Source: an uncultured Chloroflexia bacterium
GTDB lineage: Bacteria > Chloroflexota > Chloroflexia > QHBQ01 > JAICKM01
DNA length: 64,000 nt
Direction: 5' to 3'
Assembly (NCBI GenBank): GCA_963784695.1
Contig: CAWARZ010000002.1
Span: forward strand, 891,680 to 955,679
Each line of letters starts with the position of its first letter. Position 1 is the stretch's first letter. The notes under the pieces are model-generated. The model saw only the letters and a list, made by a program, of their open reading frames with translations, made no database searches and was not told the DNA's origin. The translations under genes and the position numbers were made by a program. Below, in pieces: positions 30,328 to 40,620 of this stretch.

Positions 30328-30933
30328 TCAGCCCTTGCTGCGCTGATAGTGGCGGCGGGCCTTGGCCCGGTTGCCGCAGACCTCCATTGAGCACCAGCGG
30401 CGGCTGTGGTTGCGCGACGTGTCGAGGAACAGCCAGCCGCAGCCCTCGCCCTCACAGGCGCGCACGAGGGAGCGCTGCGACGACGTCAGCAACTGCGCCG
30501 CCGCCTCGGCCACCGGCCACAGCATGGCGGTCAGCGCGCCGCCGGGCGCATCCCACGTCCAGCGCCAGCCGCCCGCGGCCGGCGCCAGGCAACGGTGCGG
30601 CAGGCCCGCGGCCAGTGCCGCGTTCAGCCGCCGCAGGTCGGCCCGCGCGTCCGCATCCTCCGGCGCATCAGTCAGAAAGAGGCGGTAGAGCGCCTCGCGC
30701 AAGCCAAGCGCCACCGCCAGCGCGGCGTCCGCCGCCGCCGGGTCCGCCGCCGCGACCGCGGCAAGCTCCGCGGCGCCCGCCGCGTCCAGCGCGCCCGCCT
30801 CCACACTCCACGCCAGCAGCGCGGCGTAATCCGGCAGGTGCTCGACCGGCTCCGCCCGCTCGCGCCACTCGCGCGTGTTCGCGAAGTCGAGCCCGAGCTC
30901 CGCGGGGTCCGTCCGGTCCTGTTCCCCGTCCAT
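30328..30933 (-). CDS. ABATE/CGNR zinc-finger domain protein (putative stress-responsive RNA/DNA-binding regulator).
   Basis: C-terminal [39 protein letters not shown] (zf-CGNR). Confidence 0.8.
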   Translation of the reverse strand: MDGEQDRTDPAELGLDFANTREWRERAEPVEHLPDYAALLAWSVEAGALDAAGAAELAAVAAADPAAADAALAVALGLREALYRLFLTDAPEDADARADLRRLNAALAAGLPHRCLAPAAGGWRWTWDAPGGALTAMLWPVAEAAAQLLTSSQRSLVRACEGEGCGWLFLDTSRNHSRRWCSMEVCGNRAKARRHYQRSKG

Positions 30934-30994
30934 CGTCCTGTCCCTGGTGCTTCGGTCTTTCGACCGATCTTCTTCTCTAACCCACTAGCAGCTA

Positions 30995-31023
30995 TTGACG
31001 GGTTAGCCGATCCGATCTATAAT
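30995..31023 (+). promoter_or_regulatory. Consensus promoter TTGACG-17-TATAAT inside an AT-rich island.
   Basis: GCTATTGACGGGTTAGCCGATCCGATCTATAATCGG. Local GC is about 50% against about 70% in the flanks. Confidence 0.5.
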
Positions 31024-31103
31024 CGGAGTGTAACCCTCTCCTACGATTATAGGGGGTTAGGCAGAGAATGTCAAGGACGACGAATCGTGGTAAGGAGTTT
31101 CTG

Positions 31104-31211
31104 ATGCTCGTGGTTGTGCTCGTGGGCCTGCTGGCCCTGATGGTATTGGATCTGGTCGCCCTGCGCTGGGCGGCGGAGAGTCGTGAGCAGTTCGTCTCGC
31201 TGACGAAGTGA
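31104..31211 (+). CDS. Putative 35-aa hydrophobic single-TM peptide (MLVVVLVGLLALMVLDLVALRWAAESREQFVSLTK).
   Basis: ATG 7 nt after AAGGAG. Its stop overlaps the GTG of the next gene (GTGA). Too short for the ORF track. Confidence 0.4.
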   Translation: MLVVVLVGLLALMVLDLVALRWAAESREQFVSLTK

Positions 31212-31730
31212 CAGACGGGGGACCGAACATGGACACGCCGATGACGAAAGCCCGCTTCCTCGACACCCTTACGCGGGAACGCGCCGCCTGGGACGCCCTG
31301 CTGGCCGAGGTGCCCGCCGATCGGCTCGAAGAACCCGGCCCGGCCGGCGACTGGTCGATCAAGGACATCATCGCCCACGTCACCGCCTACGAGCGCTGGA
31401 CCCTGCGCCGCCTGGAGATCGGCCGGCGTGGCGAGACCTACGAGCGCGCGGCGATCGACACGATCGAGGATGTGGACGCGCGCAACGCCGCTTACTACGC
31501 GCAGGACGCCGGCCGCGCGCTGGCGGACATTCGCGCCGAGTTCGGACCAGGTCTACGCCGGCCTGCGCGCGTTGGTCGAGGCCGCACCCGAGTCGGCCCT
31601 GACCGACCCCGCCTACTTCGGCCTGCGCGCGGATATCGTGCCCTGGGAGCTCATCGCCGGCAACGGCTACGAGCACTACCATGAGCACATCCCCGGCATC
31701 CGCGCCTGGCTCGACGCCGTGCCCGCCTGA
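31208..31730 (+). CDS. ClbS/DfsB (DinB_2-like four-helix-bundle) family protein, with a +1 frameshift at approx 31540..31550.
   Basis: WSIKDIIAHVTAYERWTLRRL ... then the frame 31428..31730 (DQVYAGLRALVEAAPESALTDPAYFG...GNGYEHYHEHIPGIRAWL). Confidence 0.6.
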
Positions 31731-31738
31731 CGCCCGGC

Positions 31739-33332
31739 TCAGGGTGCGGCGTTCGGCTTGTAGACGTAGAGCACGTTGCGCTGGTCGAGGTGATAGGCGG
31801 CGCGCACGGCCGCCTGGATCCCGGGCGACATGCTCCCGGCCGCCTGGTCGGCTGTGCTCAGGTCGATGGGCGGCAGGATGATCAGCGCGAAGTAGTGTGC
31901 CCGGATCGCGGCAAGTAGCGCCGACTCGTCCCAGCGCCGGTACAGCGTGGCGTGCGTCTGCGTGTACGGGTCCGTCGTCCAGAGGCCGAGCTTGTACTTG
32001 TCGGTCACCAGCAACACGCTCAGATCGGTCGAGTAGACCGGCCCGGGCGTGTTGCTCGTGTACTGGGCGATGTTGCCCATCCCGTCGAGGACGGCCCCCG
32101 AGGGCAAGCGGAGCTCGTGGCCGAGCCAGTGCGGCGTGGCGTAGAGCGCGCCCACCTGCGTGCAGAGCACCAGCGCGACCAGCGCCGCCACCAGTTGCCC
32201 GGCGACCTGCCGCTGGCGTCGCACCAGCGCCGCGGCCAGGGCGAAGCCCAGGCAGACGGCGGCGGTCAGGTCGAGCAGGTGGTTGTGGTTGCCCCCCAGC
32301 GTGCCCGTGCCGATGGAGGTGATCAGGCTCATCCCCAGGTAGCCCGCGGCCAGCAGCCCGCCCGCCGGCGCGCCGAGCGTGTCGAGGCGCCCCGCGCGGC
32401 GCAGCAGCGCGCCGCCGCCCCCCGCGGCGCGCGCCAGCCCCCAGCCGTCGCGCAGCAGCCACCCGAGCACGCCGAGCACCCCCGGCACGACGATCAGCCA
32501 GTAGGCGCCCGCCCAGTCCGGTCAAGAAGCCCACGAAGCGGTCGGGCATCCAGGGCAGGTCGTGCAGCGTCGACTCGTGGTACAGATAGCCGCCGGAGGT
32601 CGCCCAGTCGAGCAGCAGCGTGCCGCCGAGCGCGCCGAGCGCGTAGATCCCCGCGAAGACGAGCCCCGGCCGCCAGGCGCGCAGGATCAGCCAGACCGTG
32701 ACGGCGACCCCCCCAGCGATCGCGGTCTGCTTGCTGTAGAAGGCGGCCCAGAACAGCGGGATCGCCGGCCAGACGGCGCTCAGGCGCGTCGACGGCCGGC
32801 CCAGCACCCACCAGAGCCCTCCCAGCCCGCAGGCCACCGCGAGCATGTCGGGTTTGACCAGCGCGCCCCAGAAGCCGACGATGCCCACGGCGCCCCAGGC
32901 CAGCACGCCGAGCGCCGCCGCGACGGCGTCGCGCGTCAGCCGCCAGGCGATCCCGGCGATCAGCGCCGCGACGGCGAGCGTCGCCACCATCGACAGCGCC
33001 CGCCCCGCCTTGAACGTCGCGCCGAGCACATGGATGGCCGGCCAGATCAGCAGGTAGTAGAGCGGCGGGTACGGCGCCGCGATGAACTGCTCCGGCGTGA
33101 GCTGCTTGTAGATGTCGACGCCGCGGTCCAGCAGCAGCGTCTCGGCGACGATCATGCTCTCGGACTCGTCGAACTGGAACGGCCAGGTCAGGAACGCGGC
33201 CATGGTCCGCGCGGTGTCGATCACCTTGAGCCCCAGCAGCACCCCTAGCGCCACCAGCGCGAGCAGCAGCAGCCGGCGCGGCCAGACGGAGGCGACGGCC
33301 GGCGCGGGCGCGACGGCGGTGGGCGTGCTCAT
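31739..33332 (-). CDS. Polytopic membrane protein, probable GT-C-fold glycosyltransferase (DUF2029/ArnT-like), with a +1 frameshift near 32510.
   Basis: At least 10 predicted TM helices. N-terminal frame 31380..33332 through ...DRFVGFLTG, then frame 31739..32488 (WAGAYWLIVVPGVLG... C-terminal soluble domain). Confidence 0.55.
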
Positions 33333-35610
33333 CGCAGCGTCACCGCGGCCACGCGCACCCCCAGAGCCCGCGGGTCGTAGCCGCCCGGCACAAACGGGTT
33401 CACGTCTAGCGTTATGTCAACCGCGTTGGCCCCGGTGGGGAGCCGCGCCAGCGTCGTCTCCTGCCAGGTGTCCCTCGCCGGCAGGCGCACGGTCGTCGCG
33501 ACCGGCGCGCCCGTGCCCGCCCGCACCACGGCCACCACCCGCGCCGCGGGCACACCCGCGGGACGCGCGCCGCTCCAGCGGATCACGACCGTCTGCCCCG
33601 GCGTGCTCGCAGTCAGGTGGATCGTCGCCACCGGCCCGCTCCACCGATAGGTGACCGCATCCGCCCCGCTCCCGGCCTGCTCGCTGGCGTAGAAGCCGTC
33701 GACCGCGCCGAAGTCGAGCCCACTGCCGATCGCCAGCACGGCTCCGATCGGCCGCGGCAGGAAGGTCGCGGCCCAGGACACGGCGTCCGGCCCGGCGACG
33801 TGCACCGGGCGCGCGCCGAACGTGCCGGCGGCCGCCGCCGGGTCGCCCCGGGCGCGCGCGATCGCCCCGCTGAGCAGGTAGGGCTCCATGCGCCCGAGCA
33901 GCGGGCTGTTGGGCGCCAGCGCGATCTCCGGCCGCGCGTCGAGCGCCGCCAGCGCCGCCGGGTCGGGCGCCGGCGCGTGCGTGATCTGCAGCAGCCGCGC
34001 GGCATCGGCGGCGAACTGCGTGGCGGGCAGCGCCTGGTCGGCCTGGGCCAGCAGGTCCAGGGCCCGCCCGGGATCCGTCCGGATCAGCGGCAGCGCGGCC
34101 CGGTAGGGTGCCTGCGCCGCCCAGCGCGCCGCGCCGTCGGCCGTTGGCCCGAAGGGGATGCTCGGCGCGACGACGCCGAGGAACAGCAGCCCCAGCAGCC
34201 CCAGGCCCAGCGGGCGCCACGCGGGACGGCCGAGCCGCGCGGTCGTGCCCCCGCGCGCCATGCGCCGCGCCGCCTGGGCCAGCGCGGCCACGCCGAGGGG
34301 CACCCACGGCAGCAGCAGCGCGATCACCGGGAACCGGAAGCGCGTCACGGCGAAGAAGACGAAGGCCATCGCCATCCACAGCAGCGTCCACAGGCCCAGC
34401 AGCGCCTTGAGCGGGTCCGGCGGGCCGAGCGCGAGCCCCGCGAGCGCACAGAGCGTGATCGCCACGTAGAGCAGGTCCTGGAAGATCAGCAGCGCCCAGA
34501 GGTGCGCCGCGGGCACGCGCCCCTCGGTGAAGCCGCCCACCTGCCGCTCCTCGGAGGTGAAGTTGATCCGCCAGAGGTCCAGGCTCTCCTTCAGCCCCTT
34601 GCCCAGGAAGGCGCCGGGGTCGGCCGCGATCTGGGTGAACGCCTGCGCGTAGGCGTAGCTCTGCCGGGCGCCCGGGTCGGGGATGGCGAGCAGGTCAGCC
34701 GCCAGCCGCTCGCCGTCGCGCACGCCGACGCTCGCCAGCCACAAGTTGTAGCCGCTGCTCGTGTCGCCCAGGATCAGCCGGTGGTACGTGACCGCGTTGT
34801 ACCCCATGAGCGGCACCTGGAACACGGCCACGCCGAGCAGCAGCAGCAGCGGCGCCCGCCACCAGCCGCGCCGCGGCGCCGCCATCCGGCGGTACACGAC
34901 CCAGCCGGCCCAGAGCGCCACGAGCGGCACGAAGGCCAGCGCGGTCGAACGGGTCAGGCCGGCGAGGCCCAGCAGCCCCCCGGCGACGAGCAGCAGCACG
35001 GCCGGCCGCGCGCGCGCCGACCCCGCGTCGGGCAGGTCGACCCAGCGCGCCAGCGCCACGAAGGCGCCGACGATCAACAGCAGGAAGAGCGTCTCGCTGA
35101 GCAGCAGATTGGCGAAGAGGGTAAACGGCAGCCAGACCGCGCCGATCGCCGCGGCGCCTCGCTCGGCGGCACGCCGGGACAGCCCGAGGCCGGGAGCGGC
35201 GCGCCGCCGCCCGCCCCGCCAGCCAGGCCAGCCCCCACAGAGTCACGCGTCGAGAGGACGGCCTGCGCGGCGAAGACGGGCGCCACCGCGCGGCCGGCGA
35301 GCAGGAAGAGGCCCGCCACGAAGAAGACGTAGGCGGGCACGCGCGTCCAGGGAAAGGTGGCGTAGAAGCTGAGGCCGCGCCCGTCGGCCAGCCCCGAGGC
35401 GGCGCCGTAGTACTCCGCCTCGTCGATGACGAAGCCGCTGACCGGCGTGCGCGGCGGCAGCCCGACCAGCGCGGGGTAGGCCAGCCGGATCAGCAGCGCC
35501 GCGGCCAAAATCGCCACGAGCAGCCAATCGACGCGCGTGCGCCAGGTCCCGATCACGCCGCACGCCGCGGGCCGGCCCCGCGCGCCGCCCGGCCGGGCGG
35601 CGATCCCCAC
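33329..35610 (-). CDS. ArnT/PMT-like GT-C glycosyltransferase (family 39/83-like). Two closely spaced +1 frameshifts near 35130..35260.
   Basis: The N-terminal piece 35074..35610 carries TM1 and the loop-1 DEAEYYGAASGL motif. The large piece 33329..35077 carries the remaining TMs and a C-terminal periplasmic domain. Confidence 0.7.
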
Positions 35611-35629
35611 CGCTGTATCGCCGTGCGCC

Positions 35630-37154
35630 TCACGCGAGCCCGCGCAGCTCCAGCGTGCTCACCTGCCCGGCCGGGTCGGTCAGATCCACGGTGCGGATCG
35701 CGTGGTTATTCGTGTCCGCGATGTAGAGGCGATCCGCGGCCACGCTGAGGCCCTCCGGCTCGTTGAAGCGCGCCTCCGCCGCCGGGCCGTCGGCGTCCCC
35801 GCGTGCCTCGCCGCCCAGCCAGGCGCTCACCGCGCGGCTCCGCGGGTCGAGCCGCTTGATCTTGCTGTTGTAAGTGTCGGCCACGTAGACCAGCCCGCCG
35901 TGCAGCGCGACGCCGAACGGGTGCTGGAGCCGCACCGTATCGCCGCGGCCGTCGCGGTCGCCAAAGTCGAACAGCCCCGTGCCGACCAGCGTGCGCAGCA
36001 CGCCGCTGCCGAGGGTCGTGCTGCGGATGGCCTGCGCCTCGCTGCAGGCGATCACGAGCTCCGTGCCGTCGGTTGCCAGGCCGCATGGCTGCGCCAGGTC
36101 GGAGTCGGCGAGCGATCCGTCGCGCAGTGCCTCGCGCCCGGTACCCGCCCAGGGCGCCACCGTGTCCGCCGCCGGGTCGTAGGCCCAGACCTGATGCCGC
36201 CCGGCCATCGCGATATAGAGTGTATCGCCGGTCCAGGCCAGGTCCCAGGGGGAGTTCAGGGGCGTGCGGCGCGCCGTGCCGCCCACCCGGGCGTAGCCCA
36301 GCCGCCCGGTACCCGCCACCGTGCTCACGGTCTGCGCGTCGAGGTCGAGCACACGCAGCAGGTGATTCTCGCTGTCGGCCACGTAGAGCCGGCGTGCCCA
36401 CCAGGGCCAGGCCCTGCGGGCGGTTGAACGTCGCCGCGGCGAAGGCGCCGTCGCCGGCGCCCTGCGCGCCGCTCCCGGCTACCCACGTCACCTCGGCCTG
36501 TGTGCCGTCCCCGCTCAGCCGCGCGCCGACGATGCGATGATGGTCGCTATCGGCGACGAAGAGGCGATCCGGCGCACCGTCCCGCCCGGCCAGCGCCAGC
36601 ACCTTGCCCGGGTAGCGCAGCGGCCGGGCGGGCGCGTCCAGCGCCTCGGGGTGCTCAGGCAGGGGCTGGGGCGCGATCCAGCCCCGCTCGCGGAAGCGCC
36701 CCAGCGCCTCCTCGATCACCGGCGCGAAGTCCTCGAAGGTGATCTCACCTGGCTGGCTGCCCATGTAGTAGCCGCGCGGGTCGACCAGCACGATGGTCGG
36801 CCAGGCGTTGACGGCGTAACCTTTCCAGACGCGGTAGAAGCGGTCGTTGACCACCGGGTGGTCGATCCCCAGGCGCATCACCGCGTCGCGCACGTTCGCG
36901 GTCACGCGCTCGGCCGTGTACTTGCCGGCATGCACGCCGATCACCGCCAGGTCGTCCGGGAAGCGCTGCTCGAGCTGTCGCAACTGCGGCAGAATATGGA
37001 TGCAGTTGATTCAGCCATACGTCCAGAAATCGAGCAGCACCAGCCGGCCGCGCAGGTCGGCCAGCCGGATCGGCTGGTGGTCGACCGTGTTCAGCCAATC
37101 CAGGCCGTCGGGAAAATCGGGCGCGCGGACCACGCTGTCGTACATGTCATGCAT
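35630..37154 (-). CDS. Thioredoxin-like plus NHL-repeat protein (NHLRC2 family). In-frame UGA at the first position of the CxxC motif, so a candidate selenoprotein; also a +1 frameshift near 36385.
   Basis: [47 protein letters not shown]-[TGA at 37011..37013][17 protein letters not shown]... (human NHLRC2 has CCINC here). Thioredoxin fold through EALGRF, then six NHL blades ([26 protein letters not shown]). RBS GAGGAC. Confidence 0.7.
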
Positions 37155-37368
37155 CAGGAAGTCCTCTCACTTCTCCGCATTATAGCAAACCGCGCGCGCG
37201 CGTCACAAGGCCGGGGCGCGCGCCCATCCCGTGACCTTTGGCGACAAGCGGGCGTTGTTCCACTACGAGACGGGCCGCGCCGCAATCCGGTGACTGCGGC
37301 ACCATGTATGCTCGATGAGACTCCCGACATCTCGACCGGCACCTGGACCGGCATCTGGAAAGGAATCA

Positions 37369-38303
37369 CGATGGCGCCTGCCTTTGCACATCGCACACGC
37401 TCTGCGGATCCTCGGCCTGCTGGCGCTCGCGGCGCTCAGCCTGTCGTTCGCCCCGGCCGGACTCGCCCAGGGTACTTCGCACTACTTCCCTGAGACCAAG
37501 CACACCGTCAGCGGCATCTTCTGGCAGTACTGGCAGAGCCACGGCGGCCTGGCCCAGCAGGGCTACCCGATCTCGGACGAGATCCAGGAGAAGTCCGACC
37601 TGGACGGCAAGGTCTACACGGTGCAGTACTTCGAGCGTGCGGTCTTTGAGCGCCACCCCGAGAACGCGGGCACCCCCTTCGAGGTGCTCCTGAGCCAAGC
37701 TCGGCACCACGCGCTACAAGGCCCGCTACCCGCAGGGCGCCCCCGGCCAGCACGCGAGCACCGACCAACCCGCGCTTCTTCCCCGAGACGAAGCACACCG
37801 TCGGCGGCGACTTCCGCACCTACTGGGAGGCGCACGGCGGGCTGGCCCAGCAGGGCTACCCCATCTCCGACGAGTTCCGCGAAGTGAGCCCGACCGACGG
37901 CAAATCCTACACCGTGCAATACTTCGAGCGCGCGGTCTTCGAGCGCCATCCCGAGAACGCCGGCACGCCCTTCGCGGTGCTCCTCTCGCAGCTGGGCACC
38001 TTCCAATACGCCGCGCGCCATCCCGCCGCGAAGCCGAGCCCCACCCCGGCCGCGGGCGTCGTCTTCGTCAAGGAGTTCGACTTCGACTTCGCGCCGAAGG
38101 TGATCACGATCCCGGTGGGCACCAAGGTCATCTGGACCAACGACGGCCCGACTGATCATACCGTCGCGGATCAGGACGTCAACTGGTCCTCCGACATCCT
38201 GCATGCCGGGGATTCCTACAGCCACGTCTTCACGCAGCGCGGCACCATCACCGTCATCTGCACCCTGCATCCCGAGATGGTTATGACGGTGATCGTGCAG
38301 TGA
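37369..38303 (+). CDS. Secreted protein with two LGFP-type repeat units plus a C-terminal cupredoxin (plastocyanin/pseudoazurin-like) domain. About three +1 frameshifts (near 37372, 37700 and 37790).
   Basis: RBS GGAAAGGA. Signal peptide LHIAHALRILGLLALAALSLSFAPAGLA. Repeats YFPETKHTVSGIFWQYWQSHGGLAQQGYPISDE...YTVQYFERAVFERHPEN, twice. Cupredoxin ligands H (PTDHTV), C..H..M (ICTLHPEMVM). Confidence 0.65.
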
Positions 38304-38398
38304 CGGGCGATCTCAGGCGGGACCGCGCTTGACAGGGCCCCGATCCCGTGGTAGAACAGGAGAACCGGTAATGGTGGCTGGAGATCGGATCCCTGCCC

Positions 38399-38992
38399 AT
38401 GAACGACGCGGCCCTGGTTGCAGGCTTACACGCGGGCGACCCCCGTGCGATCGAGCACGTCGTGCAGCACCACGCGCCGGCGCTCTATCGCTATGCCGTC
38501 TACCAGTTACGCGATCCCTGGCTCGCCGAGGACGTCGTGGCTGAGGTCATCGTGCGTATGATCCAGCGCGTCGACCGCTACGTCCTCGACTCGACGCCCT
38601 TCGAGGCCTGGCTCTTCCGCATCGCGCGCAACCTCGTGGCCGATCACTATCGCGCCCGCCAGCGGCGGCCGCAGGTCTCCTACGAGGAGTGGCTGGAGGC
38701 CGAACCCGGGGCGGAGCCGGGCGTGCGCGACGCCCGCATCGACATCCTGCCCGAGCGCGAGGCGCTGCGCGCGGGCCTGGCTGCCCTCACCGCCGAGCAG
38801 CGCGAGGTCATCTTGCTTCACGTCGTCTCCGGCTGGGACCTGCCCCAGGTCGCGCGCATGCTCAGCCGCAGTCTGCCCTCGACCAAGAGCCTCTACTACC
38901 GCGGCATGCAGACGCTGCGCCGCACCCTACCCACCTGGCATGGGAGCGACGTCGCCGTTGCGGGCCGCCGGAACGGGCATACCGATGGCTGA
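38399..38992 (+). CDS. ECF (sigma-70 group 4) RNA polymerase sigma factor.
   Basis: Region 2 (FEAWLFRIARNLVADHYR) and region 4 (LPQVARMLSRSLPSTKSLYYRGMQTLR). Confidence 0.85.
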   Translation: MNDAALVAGLHAGDPRAIEHVVQHHAPALYRYAVYQLRDPWLAEDVVAEVIVRMIQRVDRYVLDSTPFEAWLFRIARNLVADHYRARQRRPQVSYEEWLEAEPGAEPGVRDARIDILPEREALRAGLAALTAEQREVILLHVVSGWDLPQVARMLSRSLPSTKSLYYRGMQTLRRTLPTWHGSDVAVAGRRNGHTDG

Positions 38993-39635
38993 CGACCCCG
39001 AGGCCGGCGCCGAGGCGCTCGCCGCCGCCTGGGACGCGCTCCGTGCCGGCCAGAGCCTCGACGCGGTGCTGGCCGCCCACCCCGCGGCCGCCGCCGAGCT
39101 GGAGCCGCTGCTGCGCCTCGGCCTCGCGCTCCAGGAGACACCCCGCCCGCCCCTCACGCCCGCCGCGCAGGCGCGCATCCTCGACCGCGCGCGGGCGGCG
39201 GGCGCGCACCGGCGGCCGCAGGCAGGCCTGCCCGCCCGCCCCGGGCGCCTGCGCCTTCCGGGCGGACGCCGCTGGCGCGCCCTGCCCCAATTGGGCGCCA
39301 TCGCCACCCTGCTGCTCGTGCTGGCGGCCGTCGCGGTCGTCACGCTGCGCGGCGGGGCCGTTGGACCGCTGAGCCCGGCCACCGCGACCCCGGCGCTCGT
39401 GACCTACGTGGGCACGGTCGAGGCGGTCGGCCAGCGAATCTGGAGCATCAACGACCACGGCGTGCTGGTCGACGCCGCCACCGAAGTGCACGGTTCCCCG
39501 GTCGTCGGCGCCACGGTCCGCTGCCAGGGCGAGCCGACCACCGGCCCCGGCTACGTCTTCCGCGCCACCGCCATCTGGGTGCTACCCGGCACCCCCGCGC
39601 CCTCGCCGCCCGCTCCCGACTACAACTACCCCTGA
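38985..39635 (+). CDS. Putative anti-sigma factor: single TM, extracytoplasmic C-terminal domain.
   Basis: ATGGCTGA overlap with the sigma stop. Cytoplasmic N-terminus, TM helix LGAIATLLLVLAAVAVV, about 90-aa external domain. Confidence 0.6.
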   Translation: MADDPEAGAEALAAAWDALRAGQSLDAVLAAHPAAAAELEPLLRLGLALQETPRPPLTPAAQARILDRARAAGAHRRPQAGLPARPGRLRLPGGRRWRALPQLGAIATLLLVLAAVAVVTLRGGAVGPLSPATATPALVTYVGTVEAVGQRIWSINDHGVLVDAATEVHGSPVVGATVRCQGEPTTGPGYVFRATAIWVLPGTPAPSPPAPDYNYP

Positions 39636-39639
39636 GCCG

Positions 39640-40620
39640 GGGTCCCACCACCGCGCGCACGATCGCACGGCTGCGGGAGCAAGCCCCGCCCCGCAGGCCC
39701 CCACACCTCCCCGCCTGCCAGAAGCCGGGCTCGTCTGTAGGAGGGGGCTCCGCCCCGCGACAACCCTCCCCGCAAGACTCCGCCCGATAAGCATCCCGCC
39801 GCCGGCCCGCCATGCGGGGCGCCGGGATGCGGGCACGGGGCAGCGATTCGGCTGCCGAGGAGCCGCCCGGGCGCGCGTTGCCCGGCGGCTAAAGCCGCGG
39901 GCAACAACGACAAAGCCCCCTGCGGGGGCTGGGACGACGATTCGGCCGGGCGTACGCCGGGCTCGTCTGTAGCAGAGGGCCGCCGCCCCGCGACGCGCCG
40001 CCCCAAGATCGTGCCCTCCGAGCACCGGGATGCCCGTGTAGGGGCGACCCCTGTGGTCGCCCGGCCGCCCCAAGACTCAGCCGGCGACCAGCCGGGATGC
40101 CGGGGCGGCGGGGCGGCGGCCCTCACCCCCGGCCCCTCTCCCGAGTTCGGGAGAGGGGAGCACATGTTGGCCTGAGGTAACCGGGATGCCGGGGCGGGGC
40201 GGGGCCGGGCCCGCCCCCGACCGGCCGGCATCTCCCGTCTTCCCGACAACCACCGCTCCTACGTCGTCACCATCGTCACCATGGCGTGATTCCGGCTAAT
40301 AGCAGGGCAAAGCAGGGTGACGACCCCGGTGTCGCCGTGCGGTCGCGGCGCGTCACCACCCGCGTCACCCGCGCACCGCCACCGGGACGCCGCGTCTGTG
40401 GGAGCCGGCTCAGCCCGGCGAGGCCCCCGCACCGCTCGGCCGAAAGGAAGCCCCGATCGTCTGTAGGAGGGGGCTCCGCCCCGCGAGGATCTCGCCCCAC
40501 CGCGCGGCCTGCGATACGCCGGGATGCAGGCCGGACATGCGGGCATGCGCCGGCGCGGCTCTGCCGCATTCCCGGTGCCCTCTGGGCGCGGCTCGTTCCC
40601 CCACCACCCCGGCCCGCCTC
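39640..40620. repeat. Noncoding block of approx 1 kb, dense in stable hairpins and short dispersed repeats.
   Basis: Three copies of GTCTGTAG[GC]AG[AG]GGGC[TC]CCGCCCCGCGA (approx 39733, 39967, 40459). Five copies of CCGGGATGC[CAG]. Hairpins include TTGCCCGGCGGC-TAAA-GCCGCGGGCAA, AGCCCCC-TGC-GGGGGCT, CCCCTCTCCC-GAGTTC-GGGAGAGGGG and GGGGCGACC-CCTGT-GGTCGCCC. No ORF has coding-like codon usage. Confidence 0.5.

Noticed and set aside
31380-33332. 650-aa reading of the membrane GT
   Set aside because: Beyond approx 32510 the frame is Arg/Gly/Pro nonsense. The real continuation is ORF 31739..32488 in the +1 frame.
36537-37493. 318-aa plus-strand ORF
   Set aside because: Antisense to the thioredoxin-NHL gene.
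39640-40620. CRISPR array
   Set aside because: Repeats have irregular spacing (234 and 492 bp), several distinct repeat types are interleaved, and no cas genes are nearby.
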